From Chrysomallon squamiferum (taxonomy: Eukaryota; Animalia; Mollusca), in NCBI GenBank assembly GCA_012295275.1, contig CM022673.1:26536001-26600000 (forward strand): a stretch of DNA of 64,000 nt, read 5' to 3'. The number at the start of each line of letters is the position of its first letter. Position 1 is the stretch's first letter. The notes under the pieces were generated by a model. It did no database searches and had not been told where the DNA came from. It saw only the letters and a list, made by a program, of their open reading frames with translations. Position numbers and translations under genes: made by a program. Below, in pieces: positions 25,952 through 38,175 of the stretch.

Positions 25952-26227
25952 GAACAATCATATTAAACTGATTTTTTGTGTTTTATTTTTGCTTGAATAT
26001 ATAGTTTGCATGATTATTATTATTATTATTATTATTGTTATTCGGGTTCCATATGCTTGTTAAAAATAATGTTTTCCTGTTTGAGAGAAGGTGCATTTCG
26101 AAGTATCTTGCTGTCAGTTTACCATAATACTGCTAACGAATGGTTGTGTCGAGTTTTTCATTTTGAAAATTTGATAGACACCTAACTAATAAAGTAGATG
26201 GATATTTTAACTGTTCTTGTGTTGAAA

Positions 26228-26258
<31 letters not shown>

Positions 26259-26555
26259 ATTACAATCAAATCCGGAAGAAAGAAAAAGAAAAAAAAAAGA
26301 AAAAAAAAGAAGATAAAAAAGAAAACACTAAAATCGAGAAAAAGTCACGCTGTGATCCCCAGCTGTTGACGAAGGTTGACATTTTCACGCAGAAATGTTA
26401 ATCAAGACGTTTTAAACCAAATCCACGGGGTTTTCCACTCTTGACATTTGTGTAATAATCTTTGATTTGCAGCGCAGTTTGTACGTTCATCTTTACAATA
26501 AAATACAAGTTATATATTGTATGTGTACGTATACATTATTTGTCTAGATATTCCC

Positions 26556-26593
<38 letters not shown>

Positions 26594-27178
26594 TTTCGTT
26601 TCACGTTCAAGCTGAGTCTTTGTAGCTGAAATTTTCTCCAAATTGAATCACGTGTTTCCAGCACTTAATGTTGTGAATAGTTAAAGTAACAAAAAAAAAA
26701 TTAAAAATTAACAACATTTTAAAACTTTATTTTTTTTTTTTTTTATTTATAGAAATTAAATAACGTTGGTGTTGAGCGGTATTGTATGACACTATGTTAG
26801 AAAACGTAAAACAGGCTAACGTATCTTCTTTCAGTAAGTAGTTCTCGTCTGCTGTTAAAACATAGCTGGAAAAAAAAAGCGGGAAAAACGAGAAATTCAT
26901 TCAAATAAATTACAAGAAGTACGGTTGAAATTATTTTCTTATAATTAATGAATTAACTGCTATTCTTTGACATTATTGTTTAATACGAAAAAGTACATAG
27001 ATTTAAAAAAAAAAAAAAAAAAAAAAAGTTTTTTTTTTTTTTTTTCTGTTTTGTTAGTGTTTTCTTTTATTTATTTTTTTCTTAAATATTTTTCTTCTTC
27101 TTCTTCTTCTTCTTATTATTATTATTTAAACGGCACAAACATCATTCAGATTTACCATGTCTGAAATTATAATTAATA

Positions 27179-27184
27179 TTTATT
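27179..27184 (-). terminator. Poly(A) signal of the His-rich peptide gene
   Basis: AATAAA on the minus strand about 50 nt after the stop, followed by GU-rich TGAATGATGTTTGTGCCGTTT (27148-27128). Confidence 0.55.
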
Positions 27185-27235
27185 TTTAATAATAATAATA
27201 ATAATAATAATTTGTTACCGTTATAATATTCCCGT

Positions 27236-27399
27236 TTATCTGTCGCAGTGTTCTTCGTGATGGTGATGGTGTTCATCGTGATGGTGATGATGATGTTCTT
27301 CATGATGATGATGGTGATGATGATGATGATGATGTTCCTCATGACAGTGTTCATGGTGACAACATTTACAACATGCTTCACCCATGCCTATTAGAATCG
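27236..27399 (-). CDS. His-rich peptide exon 2
   Basis: 164 nt; mixed CAT/CAC His codons punctuated by in-frame GAA/GAG/GAT; TAA at 27238-27236. Confidence 0.8.
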
Positions 27400-27466
27400 C
27401 TGAAACTAAACAATGAATATTTTTTATTACGTAGATAAAATTTTCAAATGCTGTATTGAATGTAAA

Positions 27467-27540
<74 letters not shown>

Positions 27541-28037
27541 AGGATATATCTATAAATACAGGGAAGTCAAAATAAAAAATAGTTTCATCATACAGTAATT
27601 TTTATAAAATACGCTAGTGAAATTTATATAAAAATGAATTAAATGAAATTTAATTTTTTTTTTGGATAATAAACGATAAAATAAAAATACAAATCTAAGC
27701 CTGCGTAAATGTTACCTTTTTGAAATTAAGTATTATAATTTTTTTTTTTTTTTTTTTTTTTATCTTGTTAAATATATAGATTTAAGAATTAAAAAAAATA
27801 AAATAAAATAAAATAAAATAAAATAAATAAAAGGTGTCGATTCAAGTTTACTCGTTCTCTATTTTTATACTGTAACCGATTACGTATCCTAGCAACAGTG
27901 TCGTTCACCGTCTTGTTGTTAAATAATTTCACGTCACTAAATAGTTAGGACATATCTTATCTTAATTTTGTTGGTATGGGCAATCAGAGAAACAAGGAAG
28001 GACAGAGATAAATAGATAGACAGACAGACAAGTAATC

Positions 28038-28081
<44 letters not shown>

Positions 28082-28174
28082 TTATAAAAAGATAAATATC
28101 GATATTCATTTAAAAAATAATGTTTAAAGTATTTACTTACATATCAGCGAAATAAAAATCTTCGTCATATTCAT
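27236..28174 (-). CDS. Novel secreted His/Cys-rich peptide precursor (65 aa), two exons 28174-28141 and 27399-27236
   Basis: Spliced frame [71 protein letters not shown] donor at 28140, TTTAGTTTCAG acceptor ending 27400, phase-1 join restores a hydrophobic signal peptide; TATA, Inr and poly(A) signal all correctly placed. Confidence 0.8.
27469..27537. repeat. (CT)n microsatellite (intron of His-rich gene)
   Basis: Perfect CT run. Confidence 0.95.
28141..28174 (-). CDS. His-rich peptide exon 1 (signal peptide N-part MNMTKIFISLI)
   Basis: GCAATG start, 34 nt, perfect GTAAGT donor. Confidence 0.72.
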
Positions 28175-28225
28175 TGCTATTTTTTTGTTTTTGTAAATAA
28201 AAAAGCTAATGTTGTTTATGAAATT

Positions 28226-28261
28226 AACTTGATGTAAACAAACTGTCTGTGTTTTTATATA
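28226..28261 (-). promoter_or_regulatory. TATA box and Inr of the His-rich peptide gene
   Basis: TATATAAAAA (28261-28252), about 30 nt upstream of Inr-like TCAAGTT (A at 28230). Confidence 0.6.
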
Positions 28262-28863
28262 CACACAAATGTGTACTTGATCATCGGGACATTCGGCAAA
28301 TTATCGATTGTTTCTTTATTTTTATTTTTTTTTCTTCCGGCTTTGTGGATCATGGTTAACTTTTTTTTTTTGTTATTGTTTATTTTTTAATCTTTGATTT
28401 AGTTGATGCTTTTTTACTTCTGAAGACAATGGGCGGATTAAAAAAAAGTTTTTGTTTTAAACGTTAAAATGTTTCTGTTTCCGTTTGAAAGTGTGACGCT
28501 GTTTCCTCTTTAGTTCATGTTATACTTATACCACTAACTATTTTATTTTATTTTATTTTATTTTATTTATTTATTTTTTCTTTTCTTTTCATTTTCTTTT
28601 ATTTTATTTTTTTAATTCGCACAACAGTAAATCCGACTAAACTGGTACTAAGCAATGACTACAATCTTTATTTATTTATTTATTTTATTTTATTTAATTT
28701 AATTTAATTTAATTTAATTGTAATTTGAATATCAGTATACTACAAGAAAAATGTACTTATCTTGATTAAATTTCCTTTTTAAATTTCGGAGACATTTTAG
28801 ATACCCAATATCATTATCAAAAAAAAAAAAAAAAAAAAAAGAGAAAACGGTAACCCAACAGCG

Positions 28864-28867
<4 letters not shown>

Positions 28868-28958
<91 letters not shown>
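28868..28958. repeat. (CT)n microsatellite
   Basis: Perfect CT run. Confidence 0.95.
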
Positions 28959-28961
<3 letters not shown>

Positions 28962-30923
28962 CACTTCTCTTGCTTTCATGTCTCTCTGTGTTTTCTTTCT
29001 TTCTTTCTTTCTGTCTTCATTTTGTGTTCATGCTATGTGTTTTCTTTATTTCTTCATTTTCATCTTGGGCGCTTTACAATGAAGGGACGAATACATTTAT
29101 TTTATTAACAGTAGAAATTTTTTTTTTTATATGTTTAATATTCTTGTTACAGCTCTGTAATCTGATTGATCCATTACTTTAATTGCCAGCACTTCTTACA
29201 TCAAGCCTGTAACAAAAAATTAAAGTTCGTGAAGGTATTTATATATTCTAATAATAAGATTTAAGATTACGTTTTTTTTTTTTTTTTTTTTTTAATCTGA
29301 TGTTATTTGTACTTTAAAAAGATCTAAATCCTAGATACGACAAATAATATTAATAAATAATTGAGAAATGATATAGTATAATTATAATAATAAAAAGAAT
29401 AAGAACAACAAAAGCAATAGTAGTTGTAGTTGTAATGGTAGTAATAGTAGTAGTTATACTAGTTTTGGTAATAGTGTTAGTGGTAATAGTAGAGTAGTAG
29501 TTGTAGTAGAGGCGGTAGTAGTGTCAGAATTCTCTCCCAAAACGGAGTATATTTGTTTTAATAACTTTTACTAATTTTTAATAATGTTGTAATACTTAAC
29601 ATCATCTGATTAATAATCATTTGTGGTTTAAATCTGAAATACGTATTAAAAATATAATATTAATATATAAAACAACAAATTAATCAGAAATAATCCAAAT
29701 GAAATTTAAAATAATAACAATAATCTTTTTTTTTTTTCATTTTTTCATTTTTTTTTCTTTCTTTCTTTTTAAATTTTTTTTTATTACTTTTTCTTTTTTT
29801 TCAACTTTCTTTTTTCTTTTTTCATTTTTTATTATTATTTTTTTTTTTAATGTTATTTTTATTAGTTAACAAGATACCGTTGTATCACATCAACATGCTC
29901 CCAGTTTTATCAAGATGCTGGAATTACTTTCACAATCTCATGACTTAAATTCGGTTGGTTTAGCCTTTAGGGATTTCATTCTTGAAAAAAAATAAAAAAA
30001 GTTTATTGACAAACACCGAACTGAAGACTATGGTTAGATAGGAACAGTTATTTCTGAAGAAATCCTGAAATCAATTTCATCAGAACGAAATCGAGGCTAA
30101 CGTGACGAGTTTTTAACATGTCACTTTTTCTGGTTGCTATTTAAAACAGTCTTTGCATTCCGATATTGGAAGAAAAATACGAAATCTTTTATTTAACAAA
30201 GCACTGAATACTTTTTTATTTGTAATAATAATAATAATAATAAAATAACAAAAAACAACAACAAAAAACAACAATGAAATCAACAATAAAAATAAAACAG
30301 CAACAAGATAAACAATAAAAACAACAATAACAACAATAATTATAATAAAATAAAACTAATAAATAAAATAACAACAACAACAATAATAATAATAATAACA
30401 ATTATAATAAAAACAACAACAACAACAACAACAAAAATAATAATAATAATAACAACAACAACAATAATAATAATAAAGTCTACTGGCACATCAGGCAATT
30501 TTTTTTTCACGTTTTAATTCACTTTCTCTTAACTATTCAACTACTGAATGAACACAACTGTTATCCAAGCACACTGAAATTATTTATTTTCAAACATTTC
30601 AATCAAGTGACAGATTTTATTTAAAAATTTCACCTGGTAGGACCAAATAGACATTTAGTTTTAATCCAATCGAGAAAATGTCTGAACAAACAACATTTCT
30701 TATTTCTCGATCTTCAAAAAGAAACTTTTCAAGCTGCTAGACTATTATCCATACACGTATACACACACACATACACACGCACGCACGCAAATAATAAATA
30801 TATATATTCTGATTCAGACGTATATGACTGGTATTCCTGATTTTCAACAGTTAACGTAAACTTTGGATAGTTTGATAAACAGTAAATGTTTCTCAGTTGC
30901 TGATGAAGGTCACTTTAGTGAAA

Positions 30924-32033
30924 TCACAGATATTCCAGCGGGTTGGAACGGATGCCTGTACTGCTCCTTCCAGGGACGCGACACGATTTGCAAGCGAACA
31001 TCTTCAAGAACCTGCGCCTGAAGTTCCTGGCACTCAGGAAGTACAGGTAGAAGTTGACCGCGTGGCTCATATCGCACAGCAGGTACGCGCACTGTTTGAA
31101 GAGCCGCTTCCAGCCGTCAGCCGGGGTCAAAGGTCGCACGACCCAGTAGGCGTCGAGAATGGAGAAGACGCAGATGGGCAGGATGAGCACGACGAACATG
31201 ATGGACGCCGTCAGGAGCATCGCTGTCACCTGCAGGTGGAACAGCTGGCTGCGCGTGCAGCCGCTGTTGTTCGTGAGGATGACGTGCGTCATCAGCGAGT
31301 GGTGCACGTCTCTGATGATGAGGACGTTGAAGACGAAGAGGAGCGTGCACGGCACGAACGCGTACACCGTGGAGTCGATCCAGTACCACACCATCTGCGT
31401 GAAGTTCTTGTACACCTTCAGCATCCCGCACATCATGCGGTCGTAGCGCTCGTAGTAGATGTAGGACGTCATCCAGACGACGGGCAGGTAGATGGAGAAG
31501 AGAACGAAGGCCACGAAGGAGACGCTGAGGGTCGCTTTGCGCATGCGGCAGCGTTTTGAGGAGGAGCGAGACAGGGGGTAGTGGACAGCGAGGAATCGCT
31601 CCACGGCCAGGAACACGAGGATCCAGTTCGACATCGCAACGAGAAAGTTTCCCAGGAAGATCAGCGTCTTGCAGCCTTCGGGGCCCAGGGCGACGCCTTT
31701 CAGCGACAGCTGATGATACAGCAGCTTGACCGTGATGGCGAGGTTGTCCGCAATGGCTAGCAACAGGACGTAAAACGACGGCGGACCCACGGCGGCCATT
31801 TTGATTGTCGTTATGATGGTGGCAAGGTTGCCCGGAAATCCCAGAGCAAACACGAACCACAGGTAGTTTATATTTATGTAGTGTTCCACCGTCATCAGTC
31901 GGCGAAATTCCTCGTCGGCGAAGTACGTGTTGTTTACGAAGAACTCAAAATAGGTGTTGTTTGTCAGTTTCTCGTCCGTGGTGCTGTAACAGTCGAAGCA
32001 GAACGTTTTGTTTTGCAGTTTGTTGTGAAACAT
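30924..32033 (-). CDS. Orphan class A (rhodopsin-like) GPCR, FMRFamide/GPR139-receptor-like group, 369 aa, single coding exon
   Basis: Seven hydrophobic segments; GFPGN (TM1), LAIAD (TM2), ECL1 Cys, ERF (DRY variant), NFYLY (NPxxY variant), helix 8 NFRRRF; N-terminal NxT sites. First ATG at 32033; splice acceptor at 32320-32319 gives a 285-nt 5' UTR portion. Confidence 0.93.
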   Translation of the reverse strand: MFHNKLQNKTFCFDCYSTTDEKLTNNTYFEFFVNNTYFADEEFRRLMTVEHYININYLWFVFALGFPGNLATIITTIKMAAVGPPSFYVLLLAIADNLAITVKLLYHQLSLKGVALGPEGCKTLIFLGNFLVAMSNWILVFLAVERFLAVHYPLSRSSSKRCRMRKATLSVSFVAFVLFSIYLPVVWMTSYIYYERYDRMMCGMLKVYKNFTQMVWYWIDSTVYAFVPCTLLFVFNVLIIRDVHHSLMTHVILTNNSGCTRSQLFHLQVTAMLLTASIMFVVLILPICVFSILDAYWVVRPLTPADGWKRLFKQCAYLLCDMSHAVNFYLYFLSARNFRRRFLKMFACKSCRVPGRSSTGIRSNPLEYL

Positions 32034-33348
32034 TTTGAAGAAAGTTAAAAGCAACCGTCACTCCTCACGAGGTTTTTACTTAAGATTTTTTTATCCTGAA
32101 TGCGAGTGTTACAAGGCGTGTCATTAGTTGTGCACGTAATGAAAAGGTCGTGTTCGCGTTTTCTTCGGGAGATTCCGACTACAAACTGGAACCGAATGTT
32201 GCAGGCAGACGTTCCGCTGATTGGTGAGACTGCATCACCTCTGTTTCATTACGCTGCTGTTTTAACCACGACTTTGACGTAGACACGAAATGGTTCTGAA
32301 TTCAGTTCGTCCTTTTATCTGTAAAAAAGGAGATAAGAAAAAGAAATGAAATCCAAACCTCTGAGAAATAGTAATTTTTATATCTATTTAAATGATAATA
32401 GTAGTAGTAGTAGCAGCAGTAATCATAATCATATCAATAATAATAATTAATACAAATATATTCTCTTCGAATACTATGTTTAATTTATTTATGAAATCTA
32501 TCGACCAATCTTTGTTAATAACAAATTTATATAGATATATATGTAACAACGTCAATAGTAGAGTAGTAATAACAATATCACCACCACCAACAACAACAAT
32601 AATAATAATAACAATGAAATAAATTCCGTATTTTACACCAATACATTACTCAATTTGTTCAGGTTTATTTTATATTCTTAAAAAAAATAAAAACCAAAAA
32701 ACCCCTCAAAAAACAAAAACAGAGAGAGTGAATATTTTATTGTTGTGTACTTTTATTTAAAAATTGGGATAAAAAACAAAAAAAAAAAATAAAAAATAAA
32801 AAATAAAATTGGTTGATGATATAAAAAATAACGATGATAGTGATGAAAAATAAATAAATAGATAAATAAAAACAAAAAAGTAATTTTTTTTTATTTGTTT
32901 GTTTTTTTTTTTTTTAAATTTCTATAGCCTATTAATGAACAGCGAAAAGAAAAGGGAGATTACTCTTTAACAGAAACACGACAGTTTATATTAAGTGGAA
33001 AGATAACGTAAGTTTTAAATAAATTGGTTATTATTATTATTATTATTATTAACGCAGATGAAATGATGACACATCCTAAATTAACTTTATGAATGTTTTT
33101 GTTCGTTTTCAATTTTAATGACTGACACTTTTTGTTCGTTTTGATTCCTTCCGCGAAACTATGACACTAGAGTCATATTTTAGCAATTATTTACAGCGGT
33201 GGATATTTTAATCTGTATTAGATATTTATAACGTCAACACGAGAATGTGTATCGCCTTTCTGTGTGCAATGAAATTAGTTTTATTATGAGACTGTAATAA
33301 AAGGTTTAGAGTCGTTTTACAAAGTCTCCAGTTTTATGACAAGTTTGG

Positions 33349-33404
33349 AATAACAACAACTACTACTACTACGATAATAATAGTAACAACAACAACAACA
33401 CAAC

Positions 33405-33453
<49 letters not shown>

Positions 33454-33567
33454 GTAGTAGCAATAGCAGAAGTAGTAGTAGTAGTAGTGGTAGTAGTAAT
33501 AGTGGCGATGGTGGTAATGGAATTAGTGGTGGGATTAAATCTTAGTTGCAGTAGTAGTAGTAGTAAC

Positions 33568-33604
<37 letters not shown>

Positions 33605-34120
33605 GTAGCAGTAGTAACAGTAATAGTAATAGTTGTAGTAGTAACAGAAGTGATAGCAGCAGTAGTAGCAGTAACAACAATAATAGTAATAGTAATAATA
33701 ATAATAGCTGTAGTTGTTGTAGTAGTAGTAGTAGAGGTAGCAGAAGTAGAAGGTGTAGTGGTATGGTTGTGATGTTGTGATGGTTGTAGTAAAAGCAGTA
33801 GTAGTCACGGATGACTTAGTAACAACAGAAGATGCGACAGTGATAGTTGTAGTCATGGTAACGGTATAAAAAAATAAAAAATAAAAACAGTAATAACAGT
33901 CGTAATAGTAACAGAAGCAATAGCTGTAGCCGTAGCCATAGTTGTAGCGGTAGTAAAAGTAGTGTTAGTAGTAGTAGTAGTAGTAGTAATAGTGACAATA
34001 GAAAGAGTAGTAGTAGTAGTAGTAGTTGCAGTAGTAATAGTAACAGTGATAGCAGCAGCAGCAGTAGTAGTAGTAGTGTTGATGATGGCATTGATGGAGT
34101 TGTAGTAGTAGTAACATTAG
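33349..34120. repeat. Compound degenerate trinucleotide tract (AAT/AGT/AAC/AGC)
   Basis: About 770 bp of interleaved trinucleotide runs. Confidence 0.9.
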
Positions 34121-34894
34121 TAAAAACCTAACAGATATAATCTTTCTATTTCGAAGGGAAGAAATGTTAGAACGAGAAATCATTATAAAAAAAAAAAAAA
34201 AAATAAAAATAACAACAAATTATTATAAATACGTTGCATGCAAATGGATTAGTTTAATGACGAGATTTTGTCTTTTAATTACATAAAAAATCGAAATTTC
34301 GAAAGGAAACTCGGTGCGGATGTTTTGATCAAATCTTCATTATCAGATTCAGGCCAAGAATCACGCAAACACGATAAGGAGTCACCCACTAATCGAATAA
34401 CACAGAATGTACAGGTTTATCAGGGACCGGAAGTGTTTCGGTATATTTCGGAATATTTCGGAATATTTCGTAATTTGGAATATAAGGAGATAGCACAAGA
34501 ATAGAATCTATGTCTAAATAAGAATTCCATTTATTTTTCTTGTACACAGATAGTCTGCAGAGTTTTTTTTAAATAATATTTTTAATATATTTGTACATAA
34601 AACGCGGTTTGTATATGCAAAAATAAAAGTCGGAAACTGAAAGATATTATTATTTCCGCTGCTCGGAAAAAGATTTGGTTTTTTTTTCGGAGCTTTTCGG
34701 ATAAATGTTCCTCAACCTGTTTAGCTTAGGACAAACATATTTAATTATTTGTTTGTCTCATTTAATATTTTGTACCGCAAATCATGTATAGTTTTTTTTT
34801 TTTTTTTTTACCAGGATCTTTAGAGTATTAATAAAAGAGATTTTCATGGGTGTTTTTTTTTGTACGATTTATCCTTTTATGTTCAGGATAAAGG

Positions 34895-35105
34895 AATCAA
34901 TCAATATTTGTTTAATGAAACTTCACCGCATTTTCATACCAGCGGTGTTATATGATTAAGCATACGTTTCACGATATCATAAGAAAGCTCGTGCAACTGC
35001 ATGGGCTGCTGTTTTCGATTGGCAACAAGAGATTTTATTACGTAAAGCAGCATATACCACAGACAGTGATCAGTCACGAGACAGTGGCAGAACGGGAAAT
35101 ATACC
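34895..35105 (-). mobile_element. Degenerate SINE-like repeat of a gastropod family
   Basis: CATGGGCTGCTGTTTTCGATTGGCAACAAGAGATTTT...CATATACCAC...GAACGGGAAATA resembles a recalled abundant gastropod SINE body; related decayed copies near 26070-26230 and 36930-37115. Confidence 0.45.
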
Positions 35106-35147
35106 TAATTAGCAAAACTCCGGCGTCTATCACCTATCACACCCACT

Positions 35148-35180
<33 letters not shown>

Positions 35181-35789
35181 GTCTTGCTGGCGAATATGTG
35201 TTTGCAGACGGCAACCTGAGAGATAATTTCCTGAACACTGATAGCATATTCCAGACAACAACTGGAATTATTTTTCCATTTCCATTCTTTGTCAGTAGGA
35301 GCTGTAAAAGCCGTTGGACAAAAAGGAAAGCCTGTAATTAGTTATGAAGCGTACAGTCGCTAAAAAAAAACGCGCTTTGGGGTTAAATAATTACCATCAG
35401 GAGCATAAAGCTGTCTCGCTGAAGTGCTCATTATGGCTTCTCATTGCTTGTTTGTGTTTCCTTTCGCGATTACAAGGACTGCGACGGGTTCGTCATGTAA
35501 ACAATTTCACGCTCGAGACCTTTTCACGCCATAATGGCTGCCTCGTCACAGTCCATTCACACTAAACTGTCTCTTCAGACTGATATGTGCGCATGCGGCT
35601 CTCTGTTCATTCAGCAGTTCATTATGGAGATGTTCTGAACACGCTTGTTCATCCACTAGTCTTTTAAACTACAGTCTCTGTAGAATTTGGACACTTCGTT
35701 TCAATTTTCTTTTCACTTGTTTGGTCCCTCTTCTCAGTGTAATATATTCTTTGTAAAACATTAAAGTGACGTCATGCAAGTGTCTTTAC

Positions 35790-36170
35790 ACCATAGGTTT
35801 CACATTGTTTTGACGTTACAGTGACTTCACACTGTAGTCTTTTGAAGTTACAGTCACTTCAAGTTATAGTATTTTAACGTTACAGTCACTTCACGCTATA
35901 TCCTTTTGTCATTACAGTCACTTCACGCAGTAGTCTTTTAACATTACAGTCACTTCACGCAGTAGTCTTTTAACATTACAGTCACTTCACGCAGTAGTCT
36001 TTTAACATTACAGTCTTCACGCAGTAGTCTTTTAACATTACAGTCACTTCACGCATTAGTTTTTTTTAACATTACAATAACGTCACTTTATAGTCTTTTA
36101 ATAATACAGTCACTTCACGCATTTTTTTAACATTAGAATCACTTCACGTTAAAGTCCGTTCACGGTTTAG
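35790..36170. repeat. 32-bp minisatellite (ACATTACAGTCACTTCACGCAGTAGTCTTTTA)
   Basis: About 11 copies; central ones near-identical (35941, 35973), edges degenerate. Confidence 0.9.
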
Positions 36171-36578
36171 TTCCTTCAAAACATGCATCTCACGCCAAAG
36201 TCTTTTTCAAGACGTGAAACCATTAAACGATCGAAATGTTAAAAGTAAAACTGATTTAGATCTTTAAATAGGCGCTGATTAACATCGTACTGGGTTATAG
36301 AAAACAGATAATGATAATAATCAAGTAGAAGAGATTACCACTTCACGTTACGTATTTTATAACTTTCGTGTCTTGATTCGAAAGAAGAGGCAACCGTTTG
36401 TTACTAAATGAAAATGCAAGTTCATTAAATCCAGGCATTTGTTCCTAAGCAAAGAAAAAGATTACTTGCTGTTTTTTCTCCACAACTGCGCCGAATTAAA
36501 GCTCTGTTTGTATAAATATGTGTGTATGTATGGATAGGCAGGTAGGTATTATTATTACAACGTTTTGCTCATAAGTTC

Positions 36579-36697
<119 letters not shown>

Positions 36698-37414
36698 CTC
36701 TCCTAAGGCCACGTACAGAATGACATCAGCATGAAAGGAAAACTGACCTTTACAAAATTCTGCAATTATCGAAATAATGCAGCTTCTCTGCCAACTCGAA
36801 TCAAGGGTGACATTTCTGTAAATACGTCGGTAGAAAGGTTTCTAATGTTAGGACAGATTTCATTAAGTTTAAGTAATTGTGATCGATGCAAATGGAAATG
36901 AATCGGAGAGATACAAATTGCTCGGCGCAGTCGTCATTTCTCGTTCCAGACACTAACCCAGCCAGAAGAAGGTGCATTTTATAAATACATTACTGCTAAC
37001 GGTAACACGCAGAGAGATAGAAGTATATTTCTGTACGACATTATTGATGCAGACTACCGACGTACCTGATAATTAACAACTGGTAATTATACAAATGGGT
37101 TCAAGTGTTGTTAAATAACGATTAATTCATTAATTTTGCAAATTATTTAGTAGTGTAACACAACGAGTAATTATCACAGTGGTAGCTGATGATGATGGAG
37201 GTGTTGACGACGAGCTGATAAAAATACGTTTTCACACTGTTGGTAACAACGTTCACGATGTCACTGGAAACCTGTCTTTTGTTAAATGCACTTAAGCTTT
37301 GTTTATATGACAACAAAAGACTGTATTTATTTGTAATGAAAATCTATAACTACTACAATTATTATACTACTACTATTACTACTAGTAACAATAATAATGA
37401 TAAGCCAACAAGAA

Positions 37415-37451
<37 letters not shown>

Positions 37452-38057
37452 TAAATTAAAAAAAAAAAAAAAAATCCAAAACCCCTATCCTATAAAATGT
37501 GAATAAAACAAGATTTCTAAAAATATAACATAAACAAAGTAAAAATATAGTAGTATTATTCTTTTTTTTTAAATATAATATATGAAACTGAATTTTATTA
37601 AAAAATAATAATAATCATCACAACAAAAATATAAAATTAATAAGTAAAAAAAAAAAAAAAAGTTAATGATTGAAAGAAATAAAGAAATAAAAATCTGCAA
37701 AGTAAAACCCATAACGTAACAATACTGACAAAAGAAAGAAAGAAAAATAATAATAAAATATAATAAAAATAAAATAAATAAATAAATAAACAAACAAATA
37801 AATAAATAACTTTTATTTCAAATAAACAAACGCAGTTAAAAAAACAAAACATTAAATAACAAACAAAATAAAACAAACAAACAAACAAACATTTACTAAT
37901 TTCTACTTACCCAGTATTCAAATTTTTTAAAAAAGTTCTTTAAAACAACGATTATTCCTTTTCAACTAAATATCAAAAACAACAAAACAAAAAAAAAAAA
38001 TTGCTTCCAGGAAAAAAAAAAAAAAAAGAATATAACTTCCAGGAAGAAAAATGCTCG

Positions 38058-38175
38058 TTTCACAGTTAGAGAGAATCTAACGCGATATTGTCTGAACACG
38101 AAAATAATCCTGTCTTTTTCACAGTTAGAGAGAATCTAACGCGTTATTGTCTGAACACGAAAATAATCCTGTCTT
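38058..38175. repeat. 59-bp tandem duplication (2 copies)
   Basis: CACAGTTAGAGAGAATCTAACGCG(A/T)TATTGTCTGAACACGAAAATAATCCTGTCTTT at 38061 and 38120, one mismatch. Confidence 0.92.

Noticed and set aside
27142-27381. ORF-track call MKHVVNVV...IIII (79 aa)
   Set aside because: Wrong-frame read of the His-rich exon; it runs into an (ATT)n tract and lacks splice or signal-peptide support.
28262-28870. Metal-response elements (TGCRCNC) upstream of the His-rich gene
   Set aside because: No canonical MRE seen on either strand, so MTF-1 control is not supported.
30897-31860. Long antisense and alternative-frame ORFs over the GPCR (220 aa +, 247 aa -)
   Set aside because: Shadow ORFs caused by high GC3 codon usage; no recognisable domains.
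33349-34183. Poly-L/Y/S/N/T ORFs as further hidden low-complexity genes
   Set aside because: Randomly decayed trinucleotide mix with no consistent frame, splice sites or core promoter, unlike the 27.2-28.2 kb gene.
35790-36170. 32-bp array (and the 35-bp array) as CRISPR-like
   Set aside because: Head-to-tail units without unique spacers, eukaryotic context, no cas genes.
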